Assembly (NCBI GenBank): GCA_049971355.1
Contig: JBMFLE010000001.1
Location: 1 to 46,444 of the forward strand
DNA length: 46,444 bases
Direction: 5' to 3'
Origin: Patescibacteria group bacterium
Lineage (GTDB): Bacteria; Patescibacteriota; Patescibacteriia; UBA2591; UBA4787
The notes below the pieces were generated by a model. It saw only the letters and a program-made list of their open reading frames with translations. It was not told the DNA's origin and made no database searches. Below, in pieces: positions 34,209-43,030 of this stretch (positions are counted from its first letter, which is position 1; every line of letters begins with the position of its first letter). The position numbers and the translations under genes were made by a program.

Positions 34209-34505
34209 TCATCCGACAGGACACCCTATCGAATGATAGGGCGAACCACCAACGAAATTAATATAATCTCTAATTTGTTGTCTTAATAATCTTTTACCTT
34301 CTGTAGTTTTTAAAAATTTTTCTCGTCTTAGAGCATCGCTTTTTAACAGATAAGCTTCATAATAAATTAATTTGAGAGGACGCCTGTTTTTTGTAGATTT
34401 AACTTTTCCTAAATTATGTTCCTTAATTCTTCGCCTTAAATCATCTGTTACTCCAATATAAAATTTTTTATCTTTAAGACTAAGTAAAATATAGAGATAA
34501 TACAT
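34209..34505 (-). CDS. GIY-YIG nuclease-superfamily small protein
   Basis: YYLYILLSLKDKKFYIGVTDDLRRRIKEHN.. matches the GIY...YIG...R...E pattern. The C-terminal about 15 aa run into a structured repeat and may not be genuine. Confidence 0.75.
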   Translation of the reverse strand: MYYLYILLSLKDKKFYIGVTDDLRRRIKEHNLGKVKSTKNRRPLKLIYYEAYLLKSDALRREKFLKTTEGKRLLRQQIRDYINFVGGSPYHSIGCPVG

Positions 34506-34527
34506 ACGTAACAAATTAGATAGATAA

Positions 34528-34599
34528 TACCCTCGGTGGGAATCGGACCCACATCTCGGGCTTAGAAGGCCCGAACTCTATCCATTGAGCTACGAGGGC
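34528..34599 (-). tRNA. tRNA-Arg(UCU): tRNA-Arg(UCU)
   Basis: GCCCTCG-TA-GCTC-AATGGATA-GAGT-T-CGGGC-CTTCTAA-GCCCG-AGAT-GTGGG-TCCGATT-CCCAC-CGAGGGT-A. It has a G1:U72 wobble pair and C at position 55. Confidence 0.88.
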
Positions 34600-34731
34600 C
34601 AAATAAGTTAAAAGTTTAAATTATTTTAATATTTTAGCAGAAAATAAGATAAAGTCAATATTTGTAAAAATTTTTAGTTGTAAAGTTTCATGACATTATT
34701 AACAGCAAGAGTAGATTGATTCTCTAATAGA

Positions 34732-35667
34732 TTAGTGAGATTTTTTTATTTTATCGTGAAACGCTTGATAAATTTTTTTAAGATCTTGATTAGCGATTCG
34801 AGTGTAAATTTGGGTAGTAGTGATGTTTTTATGACCCAGTAATTTCTGAATCGTTTGCAAGTTAACTCCAGCGGCTAATAAATTAACGGCAAATGAATGG
34901 CGCAAACTGTGAGTGGTAATTTTTTCAGTCAGGCCGGCAATTTTTACGTATTTTTTTATCAGACGTTGAATACTTCTCGGGCTGAGCTTATTTTTAGGCT
35001 CTTTCTGATCCACCTCTTTTTGGCCGCGATCATGACGAATAAATAAAGACGAATCGAAATCAATTCTTTTTTCCAAATATCTTTTTAACCAATACCTTGC
35101 TCGATTAGAAAGGAAAACCGTTCGCCATTTACCATCTTTACCTTTAATTGAGAATTTATCTTCAGTCAAATTAATATCTTGTCTCTTTAAATTTGTTAAT
35201 TCGGAAATTCGTAGACCAGTTGAAAATAGTAATTCTAAAATTGCCTTATCTCGAAATTTGATAATTTCTTGCTGGTCAACTTGAAGTGGCATGTTTAAAA
35301 ATTTTTCTAAATTATCCCCCCGAAGAAAAGAAATTTCTTTTGAAATTTTGGCTAATTCAATTTTTTCTGGGGTCAAAGTTTTAACACCACGTTTAGCTAA
35401 ATATCTAAGAAAAGATCTCAGGGCAATTAAATAGTAATTTTGAGTTGCAGCTGAAAAATTGCCACCACGTCGATTTTGTTGTTTGGCTAACCAAAGTTTA
35501 TATTGGCGCACCAAATCAAGATCAATCTCTTTGGGTTGCTTGATTTTAGCCCAGGCCAAGAAACTTTTTAAATAAAAATCATAATTGCGGATTGTTAATT
35601 GGTTGAGACCTTTCTCAAATTTTAAATGTTCCAGAAATTCAGTGATGAGTTGTTTGAGAGTAAACAT
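34732..35667 (-). CDS. Tyrosine site-specific recombinase (XerC/XerD-like)
   Basis: 311 aa with an N-terminal SAM-like domain. The catalytic region has ..TGLRISE.., HSLRHSFAVNLL and LLGHKNITTTQIYT. Confidence 0.85.
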   Translation of the reverse strand: MFTLKQLITEFLEHLKFEKGLNQLTIRNYDFYLKSFLAWAKIKQPKEIDLDLVRQYKLWLAKQQNRRGGNFSAATQNYYLIALRSFLRYLAKRGVKTLTPEKIELAKISKEISFLRGDNLEKFLNMPLQVDQQEIIKFRDKAILELLFSTGLRISELTNLKRQDINLTEDKFSIKGKDGKWRTVFLSNRARYWLKRYLEKRIDFDSSLFIRHDRGQKEVDQKEPKNKLSPRSIQRLIKKYVKIAGLTEKITTHSLRHSFAVNLLAAGVNLQTIQKLLGHKNITTTQIYTRIANQDLKKIYQAFHDKIKKSH

Positions 35668-35889
35668 AGGAAATTTTTATGCGAATTTATCTGTTTGCTA
35701 GTTGTTGTCTTTCGTTAAGACAGGCACTGGTAGCTGAGTGTAAATAATTGAGATTAATATTATATCAGAGGTATTTGTGGATGTCAAAATCTTACGACAC
35801 TTGAGGTTTAACCGGTCAAAAGTTATCCACAGGCCAAATTTAAAAATTAATTTATAATAAAAAGGAAGGAGTAATTAATAAATCAGGCT

Positions 35890-36138
35890 ATGGGCGGGAG
35901 GCAATTCGAACAATTACTTCAGCCTGGATTTGAAGGTAAGGGGGAAAAGGTCGAATCTCAGAAACTTCTTGACAAAATCTACGAACTGAAAAATCGAATA
36001 GGCGACCTACAGGCTGAATTGGGTTGTCTCTCGGCTGATCCGGGGGGAAACAAAAACAGGCTTGATTTCCTTCGAGGGCTAATTGCTAAGTTAAATGTCG
36101 AGATTAGCCGATTGGAGGCGTCAATGAAGTTGGTTTAA
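35890..36138 (+). CDS. Hypothetical coiled-coil protein
   Basis: 82-aa ORF with heptad-like LLDKIYELKNRIGDLQAEL and higher GC than its surroundings. The AGGAAGGAG box is too far (over 20 nt) from the ATG to be a clear SD. Confidence 0.4.
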   Translation: MGGRQFEQLLQPGFEGKGEKVESQKLLDKIYELKNRIGDLQAELGCLSADPGGNKNRLDFLRGLIAKLNVEISRLEASMKLV

Positions 36139-36325
36139 AGATGATAATTCAGGCTGAAAATTAAACTTTCAAAAATTCTCATTAAGAGAAATGAGCGTGG
36201 TTTTGTGACGTTCATTTTTTTATTTGCTATAATTAATCTATTATCCGTAAAACGTTATACGCTATAATTGGACAGGAGCCCAAAATTTTGGACATGGATT
36301 AAGTTTGTAAAAAGGATATGATAAG

Positions 36326-36520
36326 ATGGATTCGAAAGGTAAAATAATTATCATTAACCTAATGGCTTATGAGAAAAAACTTAATTCTCAAACCAAGTTC
36401 CAAATTGTTTTAGAAACTATTTCTGGTCAAAAATCTCATCCCGAGATTGCCAGAACCTACGGCATCCACCCTCAACTTATTACCAATTGGAAGAAAGTGG
36501 GCTTTTTCAAAGAGTTTTTC
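36326..36520 (+). pseudogene. IS3-family OrfA N-terminal remnant
   Basis: ..KLNSQTKFQIVLETISGQKSHPEIARTYGIHPQLITNWKK matches the HTH_Tnp_1 region of IS3 OrfA. The reading frame degenerates afterwards and no OrfB follows. Confidence 0.6.
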
Positions 36521-36607
36521 CGAATATCTAAAATTTTTTCTTCGGGCAGAGCTGTGGGAATATTACTAGTCATCCTTCTCCCGGCTGATTCTGGCGGATA
36601 TTTGTGT

Positions 36608-37147
36608 TTAAGGATTTTGTTGATAATTTCCATATGATTTAAGCAGTTGTTTCAATTTTTCTTTTATCTCTTCTCGATTTTCTCTAGTTAAATAAAAAAC
36701 TTTGGTATCTTTTCGCTTTTTTATTTTATCGGTAAAAGGATCAGGGGTTAACTTAATCGTGCCCAAAACCTTATTTTTACTATCCAAGGCAGTCAAAACT
36801 GCTTTTTTAAATTTCTCGGAGAAAAGTTCCATTTTTCCTATTTCATCAATGATACAAATTTTATCCCTTTTTAATGCCCCCAAAACAGCTTTAACCACAA
36901 TTTTTTCTAAGTCTTTTATATTTACTCCATACTTTGAAACTTTATAAGGGCTTTTAATATTTTGATGGGCTAAAATTCCTTCTTTGCCATCTATGGTGAT
37001 AATTTTAAATCCTTTTCTCATTCCCTTTTCCCGAATTTCTGCAGTATAAAAACCTCCGACACTTAAATCTATCCCCCTGAGGATTTCCATTATTAAGGTA
37101 GTTTTGCCGCAACCCGGCCGACCAGTGATGAAAATATTTTTTATCAT
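36608..37147 (-). CDS. THEP1-like P-loop nucleoside triphosphatase
   Basis: 179 aa with IFITGRPGCGKTT (Walker A) and CIIDEIGKMELFS (Walker B region), typical of the NTPase_1 family. Confidence 0.75.
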   Translation of the reverse strand: MIKNIFITGRPGCGKTTLIMEILRGIDLSVGGFYTAEIREKGMRKGFKIITIDGKEGILAHQNIKSPYKVSKYGVNIKDLEKIVVKAVLGALKRDKICIIDEIGKMELFSEKFKKAVLTALDSKNKVLGTIKLTPDPFTDKIKKRKDTKVFYLTRENREEIKEKLKQLLKSYGNYQQNP

Positions 37148-37368
37148 TTGAAAAATCGAGAAATAATATAGAAAATAATAGACAAAATAATACTGATTAA
37201 AATGCAGGTACCGATTGGAGCAAAGAAGGTAAAATTTCCCTTTTTAATATAAATATCACCAGGTAGTTTACCAAAACAAGGAACTTTTGAACCAAATAAA
37301 AAAATTACTCCAATTAAAATTAGGAGAAAACCCACCAATATCAAAATTTTAGCAAACTGATGAAACAT
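37144..37368 (-). CDS. DUF2905-like small membrane protein
   Basis: 74 aa with two TM helices flanking GKLPGDIYIKKGNFTFFAPIGT. Confidence 0.65.
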   Translation of the reverse strand: MFHQFAKILILVGFLLILIGVIFLFGSKVPCFGKLPGDIYIKKGNFTFFAPIGTCILISIILSIIFYIISRFFK

Positions 37369-37553
37369 GGTTGAAACTCATTATTAACGCCATAAAGTAA
37401 TTTGGGGCACTGGAGTATTTTAGAGCGATTTTATCACCTCGAAGGAATCACTTCGCGACCCTACGGGGCGAAAAATTCGGCGGTGGAAAAATCGGCGACT
37501 GATTTCAAAAATCCGTGGAATTATCTTGCCGAAATGCCCGCCGAAGCGAGGGG

Positions 37554-37672
37554 CCCCGCACAACCCCGCCCTCTAAGTATAATAATTTGGTCTAATAACT
37601 TTAATTATCTCTTGTATTCAAATTACTTCATTTAAGAAATATAAAACAGCATAGAGGGCGGGGTATGCGGGG
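37554..37672. repeat. Long-range inverted repeat (about 21-bp GC-rich stem, 76-nt AT-rich loop)
   Basis: CCCCGCACAACCCCGCCCTCTA (37554-37575) pairs with TAGAGGGCGGGGTATGCGGGG (37652-37672). Confidence 0.6.
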
Positions 37673-37707
37673 TAAACTCCGCCCCGAGCGAGGCGGCTAA
37701 TTCAATA

Positions 37708-37781
37708 TGGTGGACCTGGGCGGAATCGAACCGCCGTTTCGTCAATGCGAATGACGTGTTTTACCACTAAACTACAGGCCC
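37708..37781 (-). tRNA. tRNA-Ala(CGC): tRNA-Ala(CGC), CCA encoded
   Basis: GGGCCTG/CAGGTCC gives G3:U70, the anticodon loop is TTCGCAT and the T loop is TTCGATT. Confidence 0.9.
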
Positions 37782-38158
37782 ACAACCGCGACAATGTCGC
37801 GGAATTTCTAATTTCCAATTTCTGTCCCCACAGGACATCTCCCGAAGGGAGATAATTTCTAAATAATCTCAAATTTCTAAAATTCAAAACATTTAGAATG
37901 GACATGAACCCCAAAAATGGGACTGAGAGTAAATTTGTTTTTGAGACTAATTTGATTGACCAAGGTTATAATCTTACTAAAGTACTAATTTGTACTAATA
38001 TTACTAATTATTAGTACAATTAGTAAAAGATTAGTAATTTGGTAAGAATCTTTAACTATTTCAAACAGCCCAAACTAAATTACTAAAAGCGGAAAATTGT
38101 CCCACGAAAGGGGCTCACTTCAAATTAGAGATTTTGAGTTTCCGCTGCTTTGCAACAG

Positions 38159-38233
38159 TGGTGCTCCCACTCCGAATCGAACGGAGATTTATTCCTTAGG
38201 ACGGAATCGTTTTATCCGTTAAACTATGGGAGC
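38159..38233 (-). tRNA. tRNA-Arg(CCU): tRNA-Arg(CCU), CCA encoded
   Basis: GCTCCCA-TA-GTTT-AACGGATA-AAAC-G-ATTCC-GTCCTAA-GGAAT-AAAT-CTCCG-TTCGATT-CGGAG-TGGGAGC-ACCA. Confidence 0.9.
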
Positions 38234-38265
38234 CTATTTAAAATTTCTAATTTCCAATTTTTAAA

Positions 38266-38451
38266 TTACCTCTTTGGTATAATTTGCTCGGCTAATTTAG
38301 TCAAAATATTAATCTTCGAATCAATGAGAGCTAATCCAATTAAAACAACTGCCAGAATTAAAATAATTATCAGCAATTTTTTTAGGTCCTGTTTTAAATA
38401 ATCGGCTTTTGATTCAATGGTTTGAGATGTTAATATTTTTTCTTTTTTCAT
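38266..38451 (-). CDS. Possible small single-pass membrane protein
   Basis: 61-aa ORF with one hydrophobic helix (LIIILILAVVLIGLALI) and no other support. Confidence 0.3.
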   Translation of the reverse strand: MKKEKILTSQTIESKADYLKQDLKKLLIIILILAVVLIGLALIDSKINILTKLAEQIIPKR

Positions 38452-38455
38452 AGTC

Positions 38456-38484
38456 TTGTTAATTATTTAAGAATTTGCTATAAT
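38456..38484 (+). promoter_or_regulatory. Extended -10 promoter upstream of the bactofilin gene
   Basis: TTGTTA (38456-38461), N17, TGC-TATAAT (38476-38484). Confidence 0.5.
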
Positions 38485-38547
38485 GATAGCACGATTTTTA
38501 TTAATGTCAATTTTGTGTTGACTTATTTAAATTAAATATTAAAATAG

Positions 38548-38967
38548 ATGAACATCCTAACTTGTAGTAATTTATCTATGTTTCACGACAAAGAACAAAA
38601 AATAAAACCAGAAGATGCGCAAACTGTTATTGGCGCCGGGGTAAAAGTTGAAGGGACATTTGTTGCTTTTGGAGATGTTATTGTTAAAGGTCAAGTTGTT
38701 GGAACCCTAGAAACTAAAAACGATTTACATCTTGAGAAGGGTGCGTTTATTGATGGTGATGTTTCGGCTAATAATGCTTATTTAGCCGGCGAAATTAAGG
38801 GTAATGTTAAAGTGAACGAGCAGGCAGTTTTTGATAAAACAGCTCGATTGACCGGTGACCTGGAATGTAAAGTTTTATCTGTTGAAGCCGGAGCTGTTTT
38901 TAATGGTCGTTGCCAAATGGGTCAAGAGGTGGAACTAAAAACTGAAGAGTTAAAAACTGAAGAATAA
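38548..38967 (+). CDS. Bactofilin-family cytoskeletal protein
   Basis: The beta-helical repeat pattern VKVEGTFVAFGDVIVKGQVVGTLETKNDLHLEKGAFIDGDVSANNAYLAGEIKGNV.. is present. An alternative start is Met11 (38578), because a second TTGACT-N16-TAAAAT promoter ends at 38545. Confidence 0.85.
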   Translation: MNILTCSNLSMFHDKEQKIKPEDAQTVIGAGVKVEGTFVAFGDVIVKGQVVGTLETKNDLHLEKGAFIDGDVSANNAYLAGEIKGNVKVNEQAVFDKTARLTGDLECKVLSVEAGAVFNGRCQMGQEVELKTEELKTEE

Positions 38968-39011
38968 AGATGTAACACAAATTGCCAGGCGAATTAAATT
39001 AGTAGATCACT

Positions 39012-39791
39012 ATGTATTTTTATTTATACGATTCATTTTTAATTGAGCCGAAATATAGGAATTTAATTAACCAAATCGAGACCAGGTTAACTGATTTAGG
39101 GATTAGTGGTAAGGCTGTCAGATTAACTATTTTGAAAAATGCCACCGAGGTTATTAAAGATAATTTAAAACGTGGCATTCAAACTGTGGTAGCAATTGGT
39201 AGCGATCGTCTGTTTACTGAATCAGCCATTGCTTTGGCTGGTACTGAAGCGGTTTTAGGTTTTATCCCGATCGGCCCCTCTGAATTGGCAGAAATTTTAG
39301 GCATTCCGTTAGCAGATTACGCTTGTGATGTTATTTCTGGCCGGCGAATCGAAAAAATAGATTTAGGTAAAATTAATAACCAATACTTTTTAAGCTCAAT
39401 TCAAATTGATGATTCAAATATTAATTTGCGATGCGATGGCTCTTACCAAATTTCTCCTGTTTCCATAAAAACAGTTAAAATAATTAATCTCGATTGGTTG
39501 AATTTTTCCTCGCCAACATCAAGAATTAATCTGCAAAAAAAATCTAGTAATCCAAAGGATGGTTTATTAGAAATTCTTTCGGTTAAAAAACCAAAAATTA
39601 CTTTGCCATTTTTTAAAAAAGCTGAGCGAAAAGACAGCCTTTTTTATGTTAAAAAAGTTGATATTGAAGCAAATAAAGAAAAAGAGATTTTCATTACAGT
39701 TGATAATGAAAAAGTTTTTAAAACTCCGGCCGAAGTTGAAGTTGTGCCAAATTGTTTAAAAGTTATCGTTGGACGAGATAGGTTAATATAA
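39012..39791 (+). CDS. DAGK/YegS-like lipid-kinase-fold protein with a degenerate glycine motif
   Basis: 259 aa. The overall pattern resembles the diacylglycerol-kinase catalytic domain, but the usual GGDGT reads GSDRL. Confidence 0.45.
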   Translation: MYFYLYDSFLIEPKYRNLINQIETRLTDLGISGKAVRLTILKNATEVIKDNLKRGIQTVVAIGSDRLFTESAIALAGTEAVLGFIPIGPSELAEILGIPLADYACDVISGRRIEKIDLGKINNQYFLSSIQIDDSNINLRCDGSYQISPVSIKTVKIINLDWLNFSSPTSRINLQKKSSNPKDGLLEILSVKKPKITLPFFKKAERKDSLFYVKKVDIEANKEKEIFITVDNEKVFKTPAEVEVVPNCLKVIVGRDRLI

Positions 39792-40010
39792 AAAGGGGGG
39801 AACTAATTAAACTCGGTTAGAGAAGAGCAGATATGAAGTGAGCGCTTTTCATGGGACGTTCAAAAATATCTAAAATAATTTTGCCACAGCCCTTATTAAG
39901 GGGCTGGGCAGCCCAGCCCATTGAAAATGGGCTGTGGTTGAATTTTGCCGCCCAACGAAGTTGGGCGAGCCTCGCCCCTTTGGGCCGGGAATTTTGAATG
40001 AATTTTGAAC

Positions 40011-40136
40011 GAATGTCAAAAAGGAATTATTAGACCTAGACATTTAACATTGGAACTTTGACGTTTCATTAGAAATTGAAAATTAGGGCTTGGAAATTAC
40101 ACAAATGGTGTCCCATTTTGGGGGTTCATGTCCATT
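40011..40136 (-). repeat. Intergenic repeat modules B2 and A3 (inverted relative to 26778-26912)
   Basis: The reverse complement of 40011-40100 matches module B, and that of 40108-40136 matches module A (cgaatggacatgaacccccaaaatgggac). Confidence 0.6.
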
Positions 40137-40216
40137 CGTTGATTATAATAAATGTTTGGTCCGAAAATTAACTAATTCCCCAATAAAAGTATTGTTTAAT
40201 AACTCAATTAACATAA

Positions 40217-40245
40217 CAGAACTGGACTATTAGATAACAAGTTTA
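40217..40245 (+). promoter_or_regulatory. 29-nt conserved box upstream of deoC (copy 1)
   Basis: cagaactggactattagataacaagttta, identical to 43428-43456, ending 17 nt before the ATG. Confidence 0.4.
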
Positions 40246-40262
40246 TTGTTGGACACTTTAAT

Positions 40263-40925
40263 ATGGATATTGCAAAATACATTGACCACACCAATGTTAA
40301 ACCAACGGCGACAGCTGGGGATATTAAAAAACTTTGCCAAGAGGCAAAAAAATTTGGTTTTCATTCGGTTTGTGTTACGCCAACCTATGTTAAATTAGCC
40401 AAAAGATTGTTAATCGGCTCTAAGGTTAAGACAATTGTGGTGATTGGTTTTCCTCATGGTTCGGAGACAACAGTAACTAAGGCTGTTGCGACTAAAGAGG
40501 CGATTAAAAATGGTGCTGAAGAAATTGATTTTGTGATGAATATTGGTTTGATGAAAGACAAAAAATATCAGCTAGTGAAAAAAGAGATGCAAGCAGTTAA
40601 AAAGGCGGCTGGTCTTCGTAACGTGAAAGTGATTTTAGAAACAGGTTATTTGACTAAATCAGAAATTAAAAAGGCCTGCCAATTAGCCAAGCAGGCCGGT
40701 TTAGATTTTGTTAAAACCTGCACTGGTTTCGGCCCCGGTCAAGCAAAAGTTGAAGATATTAAATTGATGCGTCGGGCGGTTGGTCCAAAAATAGGAGTAA
40801 AGGCCTCAGGTGGAATTCGCGATTATCAAACAGCTATAAAAATGATTAAAGCTGGGGCCAATCGAATCGGTACTAGCGCTGGAGTAGAAATTGTAGTTGG
40901 GGGAAAATCCAAAAACGCCTATTAA
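40263..40925 (+). CDS. deoC: Deoxyribose-phosphate aldolase
   Basis: 220 aa with IDHTNVKP.., DFVMNIG and the Schiff-base region LDFVKTCTGF. Confidence 0.9.
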   Translation: MDIAKYIDHTNVKPTATAGDIKKLCQEAKKFGFHSVCVTPTYVKLAKRLLIGSKVKTIVVIGFPHGSETTVTKAVATKEAIKNGAEEIDFVMNIGLMKDKKYQLVKKEMQAVKKAAGLRNVKVILETGYLTKSEIKKACQLAKQAGLDFVKTCTGFGPGQAKVEDIKLMRRAVGPKIGVKASGGIRDYQTAIKMIKAGANRIGTSAGVEIVVGGKSKNAY

Positions 40926-40941
40926 ATTTTAGACTGTCTTT

Positions 40942-41535
40942 TTATAGTGTTTCTCTTTTTTTGATCGCCTTTGAGAGGGTAATTTTATCAGCATACTTTA
41001 AATCACTGCCCATTGGCAAGCCGCGAGCAAGGCAAGTAATTTTTATTTTAAAAGGTTTTAGTAAATCGATTAAATAGAGAGAAGTTGTTTCACCTCCTAG
41101 GTCAGGATTAAGGGCGAGGATAATTTCTTTGATTGGATTTTTTTTAATTCTTTGAAGTAATTCGTTAATTCTTAATTTTTCCGGATCGATGCCTTGAATA
41201 TTATCAATCACCCCGCCGAGAACATGATAAACCCCTTTATATTCATTAGTTTTTTCAATAGCCATTAAATCTTGTGGTTCGGCTACCAGACAAATTGTAG
41301 AGTGGTCGCGTTGCCTTTCAGCACAAATTGGACAAATATTTTTTTCCGAAAAGTTGCCACAGATTTGACAGGACGAGAATTGTTTTAAATTTTTTATTAA
41401 ATTGGCCAATTTTTCCAGACCTTGAGGTGATTTTTTTAATAAATAAAAAACAAATCGCTCAGCTGTTTTTGGCCCGATAGTTGGAAAGCGACTAAATTCA
41501 TTAATTAGGTTTTGAAGAGAAGGTGGATAAATCAT
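40942..41535 (-). CDS. recR: Recombination protein RecR
   Basis: 197 aa with an HhH (FPTIGPKTAERF), a C4 zinc finger (CQICGN..CPIC) and a Toprim domain. Confidence 0.95.
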   Translation of the reverse strand: MIYPPSLQNLINEFSRFPTIGPKTAERFVFYLLKKSPQGLEKLANLIKNLKQFSSCQICGNFSEKNICPICAERQRDHSTICLVAEPQDLMAIEKTNEYKGVYHVLGGVIDNIQGIDPEKLRINELLQRIKKNPIKEIILALNPDLGGETTSLYLIDLLKPFKIKITCLARGLPMGSDLKYADKITLSKAIKKRETL

Positions 41536-41632
41536 TTTGATAAATTAAAAGAGATTCCGTAAAAATAACAGCCACAAAGAGGCAGGAAATGCCCCTCTTT
41601 TTGTCTGTATTTCATCATCCTTGTTAGTTTTT

Positions 41633-43030
41633 CTAAAACGGTTCTTCATTATTTTCTTCTCCCAGCATAGCCTCTTCTAAATTTATTTGTAGATTTTTAA
41701 AGCTGGCTGTTTGTTCATTAAAATAAAGTCGAACAACTACTCCAGCTGGCCCGTGCCGATGTTTAGCTACATGGATTTCAGTGATTGATCGTTCCTCGGG
41801 TGGACAAATTTTAATACCACGGTCCATTGCTTTACGATAAATAAAAAGCACCACATCGCTATCTTGCTCAAGACTCCCACTTTCCCGTAAATCAGCCAAT
41901 TTTGGAATAGCTGGCGTTCTAGTTTCAGTAGCCCGGGAAAGTTGGGAAATGGCTAAAACCGGGATATTTAATTCGCGAGCAATAGCTTTTAATGCCCTTG
42001 AAATCTCTGAGACCTCCTGAACGCGATTCTCCAGTTTTTCGCCACCCTCCATTAATTGAAGGTAATCTAAAATAATTAGACCGAGACCATATTCTGCTTG
42101 CAATCGCCGGGCCTTGGTTCTGATTTCTAAAACATTAGCCGTTGGCGAATCATCAATAAAAATTGGGGCTTCCGAGAGAGTACTGATTGCTTCACCGATT
42201 TTTGAAAAATCACCATTATTATCTTTAGAAAGATAACCAGTTCTCATTTTCCAAAGATTAACATTGGCTTGAGCGCAAATCATTCTATCAACAATTTGTT
42301 CACGAGACATTTCTAAACTAAAAATACCAACCGGGATTTTATGAATGACAGCAACTTGACGAGCAATATCCAGAGCTAAAGCACTTTTGCCAATTGATGG
42401 GCGGGCAGCTAAAATAATTAAATCAGATGGTTGAAGTCCTGCCAAAACATTATCTAAGTCGATAAAACCGGTTGGTATACCGCGTAGACATCTTTCGCCG
42501 CGATGGATTTCTTCGATACGAGAAAATGCTTCGCCTAAAATATCTTGAATAGGAATAAAATTTTGTTTTAAAAATCTTTGTGAGACAGCAAATAATTTTT
42601 GTTCTGATTTATCTAAAATTTTTTCTACAGTTTCTTGTTCATCGTAAGCCATTTTAATAATTTCAGAACCGGCTTTTATTAAATTTCTTAAAGTTGCTTT
42701 TCTTTGAACAATTTGTGCGTAGGAGACAACATGTGTTGCACTCGGTACTATATTAGCTAGCTCAGCCAAATAAGTTCGACCGCCAATTAATTCCAATTGA
42801 CCCTTTTCTTCCAAACGATTAGAGATACTTAAAATGTCAATTGGTTCATGTCGGTTATAAACCTCAAGCATGGCTTCATAAATAATTTTGTGAGTATCTT
42901 TATAAAAATCATCCAATCTAACGATGTCGGCCACTTTTATAATTGCTTCTTTATCAATTAGAAGCGAACCCAATAGAGCCGCTTCAGCTTCAAGATTTTG
43001 TGGTGGAAGTTTTTCAATATTTTTTTCCAT
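41633..43030 (-). CDS. dnaB: Replicative DNA helicase DnaB
   Basis: 465 aa with PPQNLEAEAALLGSLL at the N-terminus, Walker A ARPSIGKSALAL, and LIILDYLQLM and SQLSR motifs. There is no intein. Confidence 0.95.
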   Translation of the reverse strand: MEKNIEKLPPQNLEAEAALLGSLLIDKEAIIKVADIVRLDDFYKDTHKIIYEAMLEVYNRHEPIDILSISNRLEEKGQLELIGGRTYLAELANIVPSATHVVSYAQIVQRKATLRNLIKAGSEIIKMAYDEQETVEKILDKSEQKLFAVSQRFLKQNFIPIQDILGEAFSRIEEIHRGERCLRGIPTGFIDLDNVLAGLQPSDLIILAARPSIGKSALALDIARQVAVIHKIPVGIFSLEMSREQIVDRMICAQANVNLWKMRTGYLSKDNNGDFSKIGEAISTLSEAPIFIDDSPTANVLEIRTKARRLQAEYGLGLIILDYLQLMEGGEKLENRVQEVSEISRALKAIARELNIPVLAISQLSRATETRTPAIPKLADLRESGSLEQDSDVVLFIYRKAMDRGIKICPPEERSITEIHVAKHRHGPAGVVVRLYFNEQTASFKNLQINLEEAMLGEENNEEPF

